Source: a virus (lineage: Duplodnaviria > Heunggongvirae > Uroviricota > Caudoviricetes). From it: a stretch of 64,000 nt of DNA. The stretch lies in the IMG/VR virus record IMGVR_UViG_3300035210_000151. One strand, given 5' to 3'. This document shows, one piece after another, positions 30,763 to 40,211 of this stretch; position 1 is the stretch's first letter; the number at the start of each line of letters is the position of its first letter. Under the pieces are notes generated by a model, which was not told the origin of the DNA, ran no database searches, and was given only the letters and a program-made list of their open reading frames with translations. Made by a program: the position numbers and the translations under genes.

Positions 30763-31725
30763 ATGGAAGGAAAAAACGTTGTCTATCTTGTAGCTTTAAT
30801 TGTTACTTGCCTATTTGTTGTTCTTGTATTAGCTTATATTCCAAATTTAAAAGATGCTTTTCAAAATGCTGATCAATCTAGTAATCTTATCAATCATATT
30901 GAAAACAATATTGATTATGATAGCACTAATGATAATAATCAATCACTGCCAGTTTTAAAAAAAATTGACAAACCTGTAGAAAATCCAAAAACTGCAGTTA
31001 ATCACATACAATATCAAAAACAAAAGATTGAGAATATTCAAAAACAGACAGCAAAGCCACTTGATTTATCTAATATAAATGAACAATTAAATAACCCAAA
31101 AGATTTTATAGACTATAAAGACATTGTTAATCAATCTCTGGAATCTTTGGTCACTCCAAGAAATGAGAGTATTAACGAAAGTGAAGTTGACTCAAGTAGA
31201 CCATTTATGGAATTTAATGTACCTAACGATCTGAGCATAAACCAACGATCATCAGAAACTGGAAATGATTTTAGTTATGAAGTAAAATATAATTTTGGAT
31301 GGCATACTACTGACATGCAGTTACTGCAAAATACTACTGATTTTCAAGACAATCTTGCTGAACGTGGCTATGCTTCTATAACATACCGATATACCGAAGA
31401 TAAAAATAAATCAACAAGAGATTCTATGTTATCTAATAGTAAAAACAACAAGGATATGAGAACATACATCTCAAATAACTATCCAGTAAAAGCATCATTA
31501 GAACAACGTGTTGAATTTTTTATGTGGGATGTCAAATTCAATAAGTCTTTAAGAATGCCTAAAAAATTAATTATTTGGAATGAACATTCAACTGAGTTAT
31601 TTCCATGTTACATGATTGAACATGATTTTCCACATGGTGGTACAAGTTATAATGTTGAGTACACTTGCAAGAAGCTTCCTAATTTTAATGATTATGGCGG
31701 AAATTTAAAACTTATATTTAATTAA
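30763..31725 (+). CDS. N-terminally anchored periplasmic/surface protein (paralog pair)
   Basis: TM helix; C-terminal YP..A...Q.V.F.M...KF, IWNE.S.ELFPC, C.KLPN.NDY.GNLK shared with the next gene. Confidence 0.85.
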   Translation: MEGKNVVYLVALIVTCLFVVLVLAYIPNLKDAFQNADQSSNLINHIENNIDYDSTNDNNQSLPVLKKIDKPVENPKTAVNHIQYQKQKIENIQKQTAKPLDLSNINEQLNNPKDFIDYKDIVNQSLESLVTPRNESINESEVDSSRPFMEFNVPNDLSINQRSSETGNDFSYEVKYNFGWHTTDMQLLQNTTDFQDNLAERGYASITYRYTEDKNKSTRDSMLSNSKNNKDMRTYISNNYPVKASLEQRVEFFMWDVKFNKSLRMPKKLIIWNEHSTELFPCYMIEHDFPHGGTSYNVEYTCKKLPNFNDYGGNLKLIFN

Positions 31726-31737
31726 ATGGTATTTAAA

Positions 31738-32688
31738 ATGAAAAAAAATATTATTGTTTCAATAACGATTGTATCAATTGTTATCATTATATTAGCGGTG
31801 TTTATTTATAAAAAACAATCTAAAGAAAATGAAAATACTAATGCCTTTCAAATGAATGTATTTGGGCAAATTGATCGCTCTAATTCTGGCATTGGTTTTT
31901 CCGATAAGATTGCACAAAAAATAAAAGATCAAGAAGAATACGCTAAAAATATTAAAAAAACTATGACATCTAGTAATATTCCTAATATTAAGAATGAACA
32001 AATTATGGAAGCCTTGAATACATTGGTTAATGATAATTCAGGTATTAATCATTATGATCCTAATCAAAGTCAATTTAAAATGGAATTTGAATTAACTCAT
32101 GTCCCTCTTATTAGTCAATATAAAATAGCTGATGGAATTGATCATTACTCTTACCGAATAGATTATGAACATATTATACATGAAGAAAATTATACTGGAT
32201 TTAATGATATTCCAGAAGTAAATAATATGACTCTTATTGAAAATAATACTTTCATTAATCCAACAATGGCCCGTTATTTTTCAGTTAGTATTTATATGAA
32301 TTATGATGCAGACGAAAATTATACATCAAGAAAAAGGAGTTATCAACACGTCTCAGATACAACCGAAAATTCAGAATCAAGAGATATAATGCTTTCTAAA
32401 GTGGAAGAAGACTACCCAGAAAGAGCTAAATTTACTCAGGGTGTTAGTTTTATAATGCGAAATATAAAATTTGCTGGTAAATTAAATGTTCCTAAAGTCA
32501 TTACCATTTGGAACGAAAATTCATCTGAATTATTTCCATGTCATTTATATTCAAATGAGTTAATTCAAGGTTATAAAGAATCTCCTGATACCGTTATCAA
32601 TAATGATGAGTATAGTTTGCAATATTACTGTTTAAAACTACCTAATTATAATGATTATATTGGTAATTTAAAAATATTGTTTGATTAA
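31738..32688 (+). CDS. N-terminally anchored periplasmic/surface protein (paralog pair)
   Basis: Same architecture and C-terminal domain as 30763..31725. Confidence 0.85.
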   Translation: MKKNIIVSITIVSIVIIILAVFIYKKQSKENENTNAFQMNVFGQIDRSNSGIGFSDKIAQKIKDQEEYAKNIKKTMTSSNIPNIKNEQIMEALNTLVNDNSGINHYDPNQSQFKMEFELTHVPLISQYKIADGIDHYSYRIDYEHIIHEENYTGFNDIPEVNNMTLIENNTFINPTMARYFSVSIYMNYDADENYTSRKRSYQHVSDTTENSESRDIMLSKVEEDYPERAKFTQGVSFIMRNIKFAGKLNVPKVITIWNENSSELFPCHLYSNELIQGYKESPDTVINNDEYSLQYYCLKLPNYNDYIGNLKILFD

Positions 32689-32773
32689 CCATTCGTAGCA
32701 AAATAATAAAATAGCTTGTTGTATAGGGCTATTTTTGTTATAATAGTATCACTAAATTACTGAGGTGTTTCTT

Positions 32774-33235
32774 ATGAACTCACAACAAAGTGGTATGATG
32801 ATGGCATGTGGTCTGTTAGCCCTCATGATCTTATGTATGTTTTCAGTTTGTATTTCTTTTTTCATTTTTGCCATCTTTGGATTGCAAGAATCCTCACTTG
32901 GCCCGCTTATGCTTGGTAGCATGGTAGGACTCATTAGTCTATTGGTTTATATGTTTAAACGCGATGACAAAAAATTTGAGCAAGAACAAGTGCAATCTCA
33001 ACTTGACTATGAACTTCACTGGCAGAAACGTAATTTGGTTAATCTCGCAACTGATTTTGATGATAGCCGCAAAAATATTGCAGAACGATTTAAACAAGCA
33101 CAAATCAAACAAGACAGAGAAGCAAGAATTAAAGCTCGCAGGCTAAATGATGGCTACGATGATGGCGATGATTGTTGTTATTATGCGGATGAAATGTGTT
33201 GCTCGGCAGATGATCCAAGTTACATGGACGATTGA
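32774..33235 (+). CDS. Two-TM membrane protein with acidic Cys-containing tail
   Basis: GAGGTG RBS; ends DDGDDCCYYADEMCCSADDPSYMDD. Confidence 0.75.
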   Translation: MNSQQSGMMMACGLLALMILCMFSVCISFFIFAIFGLQESSLGPLMLGSMVGLISLLVYMFKRDDKKFEQEQVQSQLDYELHWQKRNLVNLATDFDDSRKNIAERFKQAQIKQDREARIKARRLNDGYDDGDDCCYYADEMCCSADDPSYMDD

Positions 33236-33317
33236 CACTAGCGTCCAGTAAAGAAATGGTTGTTTTTTTAACTGGTTTAGTGTAGTATAGCATTCCTATA
33301 TTGGGAGTATTATAAGA

Positions 33318-34637
33318 ATGCTAAATAAACTATTAAGTCTACCAAACCAAGACAATAAATATTATGTTTTAGATGCTTTAAGCATTGATCGTGAAGCCGA
33401 ACAGGCTCTTCTCTTTCATCACAATGGAAAACTTGTTATTCTAGGCTTTGCTTATGCGGGCTTTTGTTTTGAAACGATTGATACTATTCCTGAATTTACT
33501 TATGATCCTTTTGAATCAATTGATAACTTCCATCTTATTGAAATCCCTGAATCAGAAGCCCTTTCTTGTTTGCGTTTCTATATGGAAACAGAAGTATCTG
33601 ATAGCACTGTTTACTTACCATCCGGTGTTGAAAAACAATTCTTTATTGATTCCATGCTTTCTTTGATTAATCGTTTTGGTTCTATGATTGGCGAAGAAGA
33701 CAAAGCTTCTTTTGAATGCTTATTGAATAATGTTGAAATAGAACTTCGTGAACCTGTTTCAAAAGGTGATAACGATGGATTTTGTGAATCTGATCATCTT
33801 ATTGTCCCTGACAAATTGGTAGACCTTACCACAATGCCTTATCTTTTCTCTGGTCGTGAAGAAACTCTTAACATGATCTCTTACTATCAAAATTTTGATG
33901 AAAATCTTTCTATGGTTATTTCCAAATCATCAGAAGCTGTTGCTCCTAATGTAGATGGCAATGTGATTGGAGAGGGTGCATCACTTGATGACATTATTAA
34001 ATCACAAAAAGGCATTCGATTTATTATTAATGGTGGCTTTAACCATTATCGTAAAAACTTCTACCAATGGAAGGCCGATGACTTTAACGTTGGTGACCCA
34101 GTTGGTTTGGTTAAAATTAGAGAAAACCTTTTTGAAGATTATATCGACATTAAAGATTATGGCTTTTTGACACAAGAAAATAAAGGTGATTACTGGAAAA
34201 TCACTAATTACGAAAATCTTAACAAGGACTCTAAATACATTTTGGGATGTACACCGTTGTTAATTAATAAAGGTAAAGCCGTTCCTATTTCAGTCGAAGA
34301 CATGATCCCTGTAAAAGAGGGTGAAATCAATCCACCTAGTTTTCTTGGACATGGCATGCAGATTCACCCACGAACAGCAGTCGCTACAATGGGACGAGAG
34401 CTAATCTTTATTGTGATTGAAAATAATGCTGCTGGTACAGGTGGTTGCACACTTCAAGAACTTCAAAATCTTGGGTTAGCGATGGGATTTGATTATATGT
34501 TGAATTTGGATGGTGGAGGTTCATCACAATTTAAGTTTATGACAGATAATGGTTTTATTTCTAACTATGTATTACCAGAAGATCAAAACCGTGTTCTTGG
34601 ACATTCACTTATTATTTTTGATGAAAAATTGAAATAG
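33318..34637 (+). CDS. Phosphodiester glycosidase (NAGPA-like) family protein with N-terminal extension
   Basis: IINGGF, GCTPLLI..G, HPRTAVA, GCTLQEL, LNLDGGGSSQ. Confidence 0.85.
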   Translation: MLNKLLSLPNQDNKYYVLDALSIDREAEQALLFHHNGKLVILGFAYAGFCFETIDTIPEFTYDPFESIDNFHLIEIPESEALSCLRFYMETEVSDSTVYLPSGVEKQFFIDSMLSLINRFGSMIGEEDKASFECLLNNVEIELREPVSKGDNDGFCESDHLIVPDKLVDLTTMPYLFSGREETLNMISYYQNFDENLSMVISKSSEAVAPNVDGNVIGEGASLDDIIKSQKGIRFIINGGFNHYRKNFYQWKADDFNVGDPVGLVKIRENLFEDYIDIKDYGFLTQENKGDYWKITNYENLNKDSKYILGCTPLLINKGKAVPISVEDMIPVKEGEINPPSFLGHGMQIHPRTAVATMGRELIFIVIENNAAGTGGCTLQELQNLGLAMGFDYMLNLDGGGSSQFKFMTDNGFISNYVLPEDQNRVLGHSLIIFDEKLK

Positions 34638-34698
34638 TTATTTTCTTATACATGGTTTTATGCTATAATTGAAGTCAACTTTAAGGAGATATTGCTGG

Positions 34699-35097
34699 AT
34701 GAATAGTGAACTTATCACATTGTCAGATCCTGTAACCCAAGAAAAAAAATCTCAGGATCTTAAAGCTATTTTGGATGGTCAAAATGAAATTGACAGTCAA
34801 AAAATTGCAGAAACCTATCCGTTGGAGAGCCTAACTAATCAGCCATTTATTTTATGGTATTCAAATGATTTTGTTTTTCAAGGTTCCTTTGAAGTCAATA
34901 ATCTACCGGGGGCTGAACAATATCAAGCATATGCTTATGTTAATTCAACTGATATTGAACTGTTTCTAAGTTCTCGTGAAAGGTCGTTGCAAGATATTAT
35001 TTCTGGTCATTATGTAATGCATGTAGCAGTTACTCATGATATCAATAATATTGACCCACAGTTTGTCAGTGCTTTATTCATTAAAACAACTTTTTAA
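34699..35097 (+). CDS. Hypothetical protein (paralog of 35241..35663)
   Basis: AAGGAGA RBS; YP..SL..Q.FILW, G.F....GA....AY..V, ALFIK. Confidence 0.8.
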   Translation: MNSELITLSDPVTQEKKSQDLKAILDGQNEIDSQKIAETYPLESLTNQPFILWYSNDFVFQGSFEVNNLPGAEQYQAYAYVNSTDIELFLSSRERSLQDIISGHYVMHVAVTHDINNIDPQFVSALFIKTTF

Positions 35098-35240
35098 TTT
35101 ATTTAAGGAGTGGTTTTATTTATAAATATATGGGACTAAGGTTTTTCTAACTTAGTTCCTTTTTTTTAATTAATCTTTTATCTTTACATTTAGACTGTTT
35201 TTTGATATAATCAAGGTCTAATTTTCAGGATCTCTACTCT

Positions 35241-35663
35241 ATGACCAACCCATTATCAGGCTGTTCAGAATCACTTAATCTGGTTACGAGATTGAAAAAT
35301 GTTTTGGATTATCAAAATAATATAATTCGAAAACAAATCGAAGACCACTATCCATTCTCCAGTCTGAGCGAACAAGATTTTATTTTGTGGTGTGTTAATG
35401 GGGCTGTCTATCATGGTGCATTCCAACCCCGTGAAATTGCTGGAGCCGCAAAATTTAAAGCCTATGATTTTGTTGACGCCGAATACATTACTGCATTCTT
35501 TCAGCAACAAGAAACCAATAACCCCTATGAATCAGAATTGCCCGCCATTGCTACTGGTGATTACTTTATGTTTGTTCGGGTTAACGCTGATAGTGAGCTT
35601 AATAGTAAAGATCTTGATATTATGTATGCTTTGTTTATAAAATCACCCATTGAAGTTAATTAA
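35241..35663 (+). CDS. Hypothetical protein (paralog of 34699..35097)
   Basis: 140 aa; TTTACA...TGATATAAT promoter. Confidence 0.8.
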   Translation: MTNPLSGCSESLNLVTRLKNVLDYQNNIIRKQIEDHYPFSSLSEQDFILWCVNGAVYHGAFQPREIAGAAKFKAYDFVDAEYITAFFQQQETNNPYESELPAIATGDYFMFVRVNADSELNSKDLDIMYALFIKSPIEVN

Positions 35664-35672
35664 GGAGTATTT

Positions 35673-36002
35673 ATGTCTTTCATGTTAGATGACACTATTG
35701 AGATTGAAATGTCGTTTGTAGAAAAACGTAATAGAGGCACTAAGAAATTTGAATGTTACCTTGAAGTTACAGTTTCTCCTGATGCTGACTGCCCTTGTCA
35801 GATGATTTATCCTCTTGGAGACACTTGGGCTAAAGTGAAAAAGCATTATCCTGCCTTTACTGATATTATGCAACAGATTCATGGTCTTCATGAAATTTGT
35901 CGGGAACTTAATCAAATTCGAATCCTTAGTATTGATGGTGACGAAGGTCTATATGATCAAAACATTGATGAATGGAACAACAACTTACAGGATAACGAAT
36001 AA
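35673..36002 (+). CDS. Hypothetical protein
   Basis: 109 aa, AAGGAG RBS. Confidence 0.8.
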   Translation: MSFMLDDTIEIEMSFVEKRNRGTKKFECYLEVTVSPDADCPCQMIYPLGDTWAKVKKHYPAFTDIMQQIHGLHEICRELNQIRILSIDGDEGLYDQNIDEWNNNLQDNE

Positions 36003-36367
36003 TGTCATGGTCAATTGATTTACAATATAACTCATTGAAACTCAATGAAGCAGCGATTAATGCTCTGTTTGAATATAGAGCAGACAATTATGATGATGAT
36101 ATTGATTATGTTGTCGATGAAGATGGCTATATACTGTTTAACCCAGATGATATGGAACACATGGATTTCTTGTGGGATCATGCAGTTCAAGACATCATCA
36201 CTTTGAATGGGTGTTCTGGTACCGTTATTTTCAGTTCCAGTGAAGGTGACAATAAAGGCCAATTCTGGGGCTGGGTGTTCACACCTGAACTTATTGATGT
36301 TCTTGATAAAAAACAATCATTGAAATTCCTTGCGGATAACGATGAAAGTCCACACAAAGGAGCTTGA
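36002..36367 (+). CDS. Small very acidic hypothetical protein
   Basis: 121 aa, TAATG coupling with the upstream gene; DNYDDDIDYVVDEDG. Confidence 0.8.
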   Translation: MSWSIDLQYNSLKLNEAAINALFEYRADNYDDDIDYVVDEDGYILFNPDDMEHMDFLWDHAVQDIITLNGCSGTVIFSSSEGDNKGQFWGWVFTPELIDVLDKKQSLKFLADNDESPHKGA

Positions 36368-36370
36368 AAT

Positions 36371-36730
36371 ATGCAGCATTATTTAAATTATGGTTATGGT
36401 TTCCCATCTTCTATTTTGACGGAAGAAGAATTTGATCGTGTAATGGATCAGAATTTTTACGATTATGACACTAAAAAATACAATTTGAGTTGTGTATCAT
36501 TTACAGAAGATGAATGCACTCGTGGTTGGTCTTGTATTGTTCTGTATCCAATTGGAGAAGTTAACTCACCTGCTAAAATGCTTACACTTTCTGAAATCAA
36601 TACAATGGCTGCAAAATATGGAACCATTTCCAATGAACGGAAAGAAAAGTTTTTAGAAGTATTAGAAACTGCTGGTTTAGGGCATTATGTTGATAAAGTT
36701 GAGTTAGTGTTCTATTCAGATAATTATTAA
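36371..36730 (+). CDS. Hypothetical protein
   Basis: 119 aa, AAGGAG RBS. Confidence 0.8.
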   Translation: MQHYLNYGYGFPSSILTEEEFDRVMDQNFYDYDTKKYNLSCVSFTEDECTRGWSCIVLYPIGEVNSPAKMLTLSEINTMAAKYGTISNERKEKFLEVLETAGLGHYVDKVELVFYSDNY

Positions 36731-36739
36731 GGAGAGTTT

Positions 36740-36766
36740 ATGCAAGAAGAATATGAAGGTCTTTAA
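36740..36766 (+). CDS. Putative 8-aa minigene MQEEYEGL
   Basis: TAAGGAGA RBS overlapping the upstream stop, ATG CAA GAA GAA TAT GAA GGT CTT TAA, then hairpin AGCCAC-TTTACT-GTGGCT; homologous to 37461..37487. Confidence 0.6.
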   Translation: MQEEYEGL

Positions 36767-36854
36767 ACAATATTAATTGATAGCCACTTTACTGTGGCTT
36801 TCTTTTTTGTAAAAAATAATGTATACTTGCTTCATTAACTATTAAGGTGAACAA

Positions 36855-37379
36855 ATGATTAAAATGAAAATGACTGTTAGCGAAGTGGTCACTGTTGTTG
36901 ATAACTTTATTAAACACTACCTCTCTTTTGAACAACGCACTAATGACAGGTATGAACTGGAACGTGTGATCCCTAAAATTACCAACCAGACTGCAGTGGC
37001 AGCTCTTCAAAAAGAGATTAACCACATTAAGCAAGAAGAAGACACCATTGGAATCAATCACCAGTTGCTTATTCAACAACTTGTTGAGTATATTTTCCAT
37101 AACGATTTCCGTAAAAATTTGCTGGTAATCGAAACCTATTTTGATACTCAATCTTATAGAAATAGTTCGGGTGGTTATGATGACTTTTTCTATTTCGTCT
37201 TCACGGGTGAGCTGGGTAAACCTTTGTATGACATCATGACATTGAGTTCTTACTATGAATTTTATGCCAATGATAAGAAAGTTCCTGAAGAAAAACAATT
37301 GAGCAATAAGATGAGTTACCAAGAATTTGCTAGTGTTGTTAATAAATACTATATTGGCGAAGGGGAGCCGTTGTCTTAA
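36855..37379 (+). CDS. Hypothetical protein
   Basis: 174 aa, TAAGGTG RBS, upstream TATACT -10. Confidence 0.8.
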   Translation: MIKMKMTVSEVVTVVDNFIKHYLSFEQRTNDRYELERVIPKITNQTAVAALQKEINHIKQEEDTIGINHQLLIQQLVEYIFHNDFRKNLLVIETYFDTQSYRNSSGGYDDFFYFVFTGELGKPLYDIMTLSSYYEFYANDKKVPEEKQLSNKMSYQEFASVVNKYYIGEGEPLS

Positions 37380-37399
37380 TGCTTGGTTGACTGTTTTGC

Positions 37400-37428
37400 T
37401 TTACATCTAACCACTATCTTGTTATAAT
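37400..37428 (+). promoter_or_regulatory. Sigma70 promoter of the minigene MREEDHGF
   Basis: TTTACA-17 bp-TATAAT with TG extension. Confidence 0.8.
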
Positions 37429-37460
37429 ATACAGGTAACATTCTTGAAAGGAGATATCTA

Positions 37461-37487
37461 ATGAGAGAAGAAGACCACGGATTCTAG
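37461..37487 (+). CDS. Putative 8-aa minigene MREEDHGF
   Basis: AAAGGAGA RBS 6 nt upstream; ATG AGA GAA GAA GAC CAC GGA TTC TAG; own promoter and terminator. Confidence 0.65.
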   Translation: MREEDHGF

Positions 37488-37496
37488 AATCCACTT

Positions 37497-37524
37497 AAAA
37501 AAGCCACTTCGTTGTGGTTTTTTT
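37497..37524 (+). terminator. Intrinsic terminator of the minigene unit
   Basis: AAAAAAGCCAC-TTCGTT-GTGGTTTTTTT. Confidence 0.8.
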
Positions 37525-37543
37525 GTGCTTAAAATTTGAATAC

Positions 37544-37566
37544 AAAAAAGAGGCCGAAGCCTCTTT
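37544..37566 (-). terminator. Intrinsic terminator (UUCG loop)
   Basis: Minus strand AAAGAGGC-TTCG-GCCTCTTTTTT; near-identical copy at 39271-39294. Confidence 0.85.
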
Positions 37567-37583
37567 CTTTATTTTGTGTCCAG

Positions 37584-39212
37584 TTAACTGGCAGCTTTCA
37601 CTTTTTGTAGTACTTCTTCATCATAGTATTCTTCAAATACTTTTTCCAAAGCATCCTTGCAAGCGATAGCTTCCTTGTCATCAGGGTTTTTAATCGCCCA
37701 GTCCATCAAATAAACAGCCATCTCGAAAACAACTTTACGCCATTCTTCTGGTAAATCTTTTGGCAGGTGGAACAAGAGTGAACTTGAACCAAATGCAAAA
37801 GCTCGTTCTGATTGCAATGGGCTGTAATCATTTTCAGCTTCATTCGGATCGTAGTCTTTTAATACGTTTTGACCATCTGTAAAGGTTTTGCCATTCCAAC
37901 CAAACCCTGTCCCCATACAAGTAAACAAATAATGCAATGCTGCCGAACGACTGTTAGAAAAACCAGTGGTCATACTACGAATGAAATATTCAGGGGAATT
38001 GATATCCATATCGGTTAAAACCAATACATCTCGATTAACACCATATTCCTCAGTCATCAGACTGTTACTGTAACTCAGTTCAAATGCCAATGAGTTAAAT
38101 TCCATGTAATGAGCTGTCATGTAACCTTTTTCAGAGTCATAAACCAAATCGTTGGTAGCAGTTTCAAATTCTTCCAGCAAGAGATCAACACTTTTACGAT
38201 AACCATCCGCATTAAATTCAAATGGATAGTCATATTGATTGGCATATTTGGCATTAGTAAAGTCTTGTAGGTATTCTGCCACATTGAAGACTGTGTTATC
38301 ATCTTCATCAATATCAGCCATATCATGAATACGTTCCATCCAATCTTCATTGATACGCATTGTATTCCAAACTTTGAGCACGTTTGTTTTAGTATTACGA
38401 GCGACCAAAAACATGTTGTTCTGGCTGATATAGACGTTGCCTTGAATATCACCTTTTTCAACATAGTAAAGGAAGTTGTCCATGTCGTTCGATTCAACTT
38501 CGTTATCAATATCATGACCATTTTCTTTCAATATATTAAACGTTTGCATCATTTCGAGCCGCATAACACTTTCAAGTTCTGGAAACCGAACCGCAGAATC
38601 ACCCAACATGAAAATGTCAATTAGCATGTTTGATTCAGTTGGTCGAATAAGCCCAAGTTGTTTACTGATAAAGCCAAACAACAGCCACCCTAACTGACGG
38701 TCAATACAGTAGGCACCATCATAAGTAATACCCATTACTGTTTCTTCATAAGACGATTCATCTTCTGCATTCAGTAGAGAAACATCTTCTTGAATAAACT
38801 TTTCAATGATAGCTCTGACCGCCACTTCATCAGCTTTTGGGTCATCACTTAGCATGATAGTTAGATCTTTTTTATCAAAGTGCTCATAAATCGAAGGCAC
38901 TCTTCCTGTCATTTTCTTTTTGATGACAAATTCACCCATCGAAATTTTTGCAACATAATCACCATTTGGCAGCGTAAAGCTTAGTTTTGTTTTATTAAAG
39001 TCACTCATGTCCATATCAGGCATATCGGGCAGGCTTAGACCCGCAAACTTTTTACCAAAATCTTCGTCTTCTAAAACGATGTTGGTGATACCTGCTTGAC
39101 GTTGAACACCCGTACCGTCATCAAAGTTAGGTTGACCGATTCCTTGAAGTACCTTGCGGATAATTTCAAGTGTTGGCTTTTTGTCGATAGGTCGTGCAAA
39201 CAAATTCATCAT
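37584..39212 (-). CDS. Large acidic hypothetical protein (paralog of 53800..55323)
   Basis: P.FD.GTG....AG.TN, I.KQLG.I..TE.N.L.D, LK.NGHD..NE...NDMDNFL.Y.E, QNNMFL.A.NT.T.VLK.WNT. Confidence 0.88.
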   Translation of the reverse strand: MMNLFARPIDKKPTLEIIRKVLQGIGQPNFDDGTGVQRQAGITNIVLEDEDFGKKFAGLSLPDMPDMDMSDFNKTKLSFTLPNGDYVAKISMGEFVIKKKMTGRVPSIYEHFDKKDLTIMLSDDPKADEVAVRAIIEKFIQEDVSLLNAEDESSYEETVMGITYDGAYCIDRQLGWLLFGFISKQLGLIRPTESNMLIDIFMLGDSAVRFPELESVMRLEMMQTFNILKENGHDIDNEVESNDMDNFLYYVEKGDIQGNVYISQNNMFLVARNTKTNVLKVWNTMRINEDWMERIHDMADIDEDDNTVFNVAEYLQDFTNAKYANQYDYPFEFNADGYRKSVDLLLEEFETATNDLVYDSEKGYMTAHYMEFNSLAFELSYSNSLMTEEYGVNRDVLVLTDMDINSPEYFIRSMTTGFSNSRSAALHYLFTCMGTGFGWNGKTFTDGQNVLKDYDPNEAENDYSPLQSERAFAFGSSSLLFHLPKDLPEEWRKVVFEMAVYLMDWAIKNPDDKEAIACKDALEKVFEEYYDEEVLQKVKAAS

Positions 39213-39270
39213 TGAGAATACCTCTGTTAATTAGATGGATATTATATCAAAAATCATAAATAATTACAAC

Positions 39271-39294
39271 AAAAAAGAGGCCGAAGCCCCTTTT
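39271..39294 (-). terminator. Intrinsic terminator (UUCG loop)
   Basis: Minus strand AAAAGGGGC-TTCG-GCCTCTTTTTT. Confidence 0.85.
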
Positions 39295-39302
39295 CATTTT
39301 TG

Positions 39303-40130
39303 TTATTGTGTGTAAACGTTTAGCTTTCTAGCAATAAACGCATATTCTTCTACACGTTGTTCAGCGGCTTCATCAGGACTGGCTTCATGCCATTTCATGA
39401 AATCACAAAACAAGGTTTTGGTCAGATTGATGAACAGATCCTTTTGTTCATTGGAATATTCACCATTGTTAAATTTTAGGTACATGGCAGTATCTGCATC
39501 CGCTGGCATATCATCATTGTCTTCAAAGTCTTCCATATCGGCTTCATCGTCATCTGATTGGCTAGTTGAGAACCATTTGTAGACAACAGTAGTCAACATA
39601 TAATGAGCGGTTAAATCGTCAATAAATGCACCGCATGGAACGTTTAGAATATCTTTTGCAGTAATTGTATCTGGAATATCAAAGTCCATATAAGTATCAT
39701 GGTGGAACATCAATAAAGATTCATTGTTCTTCAAATTCCAGACAGACACCACAGGTGGATTACACTCTGCTGGATAGGCGTTTTGTTTCGTATGCTTGAT
39801 GATATAGGCTTCAAGTTCTTTTTCAGATTGTTCGATGAGTTCTTTCTGCCCATACAGAATACGACCACAAATGTAATCAGCACCAAAGAAGACACCTTCG
39901 TCATAATTGAGTGGTAGCATATACAGTTCTTTATCAATATCAACAGTGACATCAAGACCAGCAACACCATCAAGATCGCGGTTAGTTGTCAGGATTTTAA
40001 AGCTATCAGGAGCTGGCATTTTGTTACTTTCTGGAAAGGTGAGTACACCACTTAACCAACTTACGGGAGAACCACTACCATCGGTCAGGGATTTGTTATC
40101 ATTGATACGCAGGATATAGTCTTTACTCAT
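39303..40130 (-). CDS. Hypothetical acidic protein
   Basis: 275 aa, GGAGA RBS, TGTTATAAT -10. Confidence 0.85.
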   Translation of the reverse strand: MSKDYILRINDNKSLTDGSGSPVSWLSGVLTFPESNKMPAPDSFKILTTNRDLDGVAGLDVTVDIDKELYMLPLNYDEGVFFGADYICGRILYGQKELIEQSEKELEAYIIKHTKQNAYPAECNPPVVSVWNLKNNESLLMFHHDTYMDFDIPDTITAKDILNVPCGAFIDDLTAHYMLTTVVYKWFSTSQSDDDEADMEDFEDNDDMPADADTAMYLKFNNGEYSNEQKDLFINLTKTLFCDFMKWHEASPDEAAEQRVEEYAFIARKLNVYTQ

Positions 40131-40211
40131 GTGATATTCTCCAATTATTTAATTGTTGCCATTATAACATAATAAGTTAATTTTGTCTCTTTTTTGTTGA
40201 ATACTTTATTA

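Noticed and set aside
36789-37322. 177-aa minus-strand ORF
   Set aside because: Antisense to 36855..37379, which has the promoter and RBS.
23499-37549. TTGAATACAAAAAA next to two terminators (23499 and 37536)
   Set aside because: Only two copies, largely made of the terminator A/U tract, and plausible by chance in AT-rich DNA.
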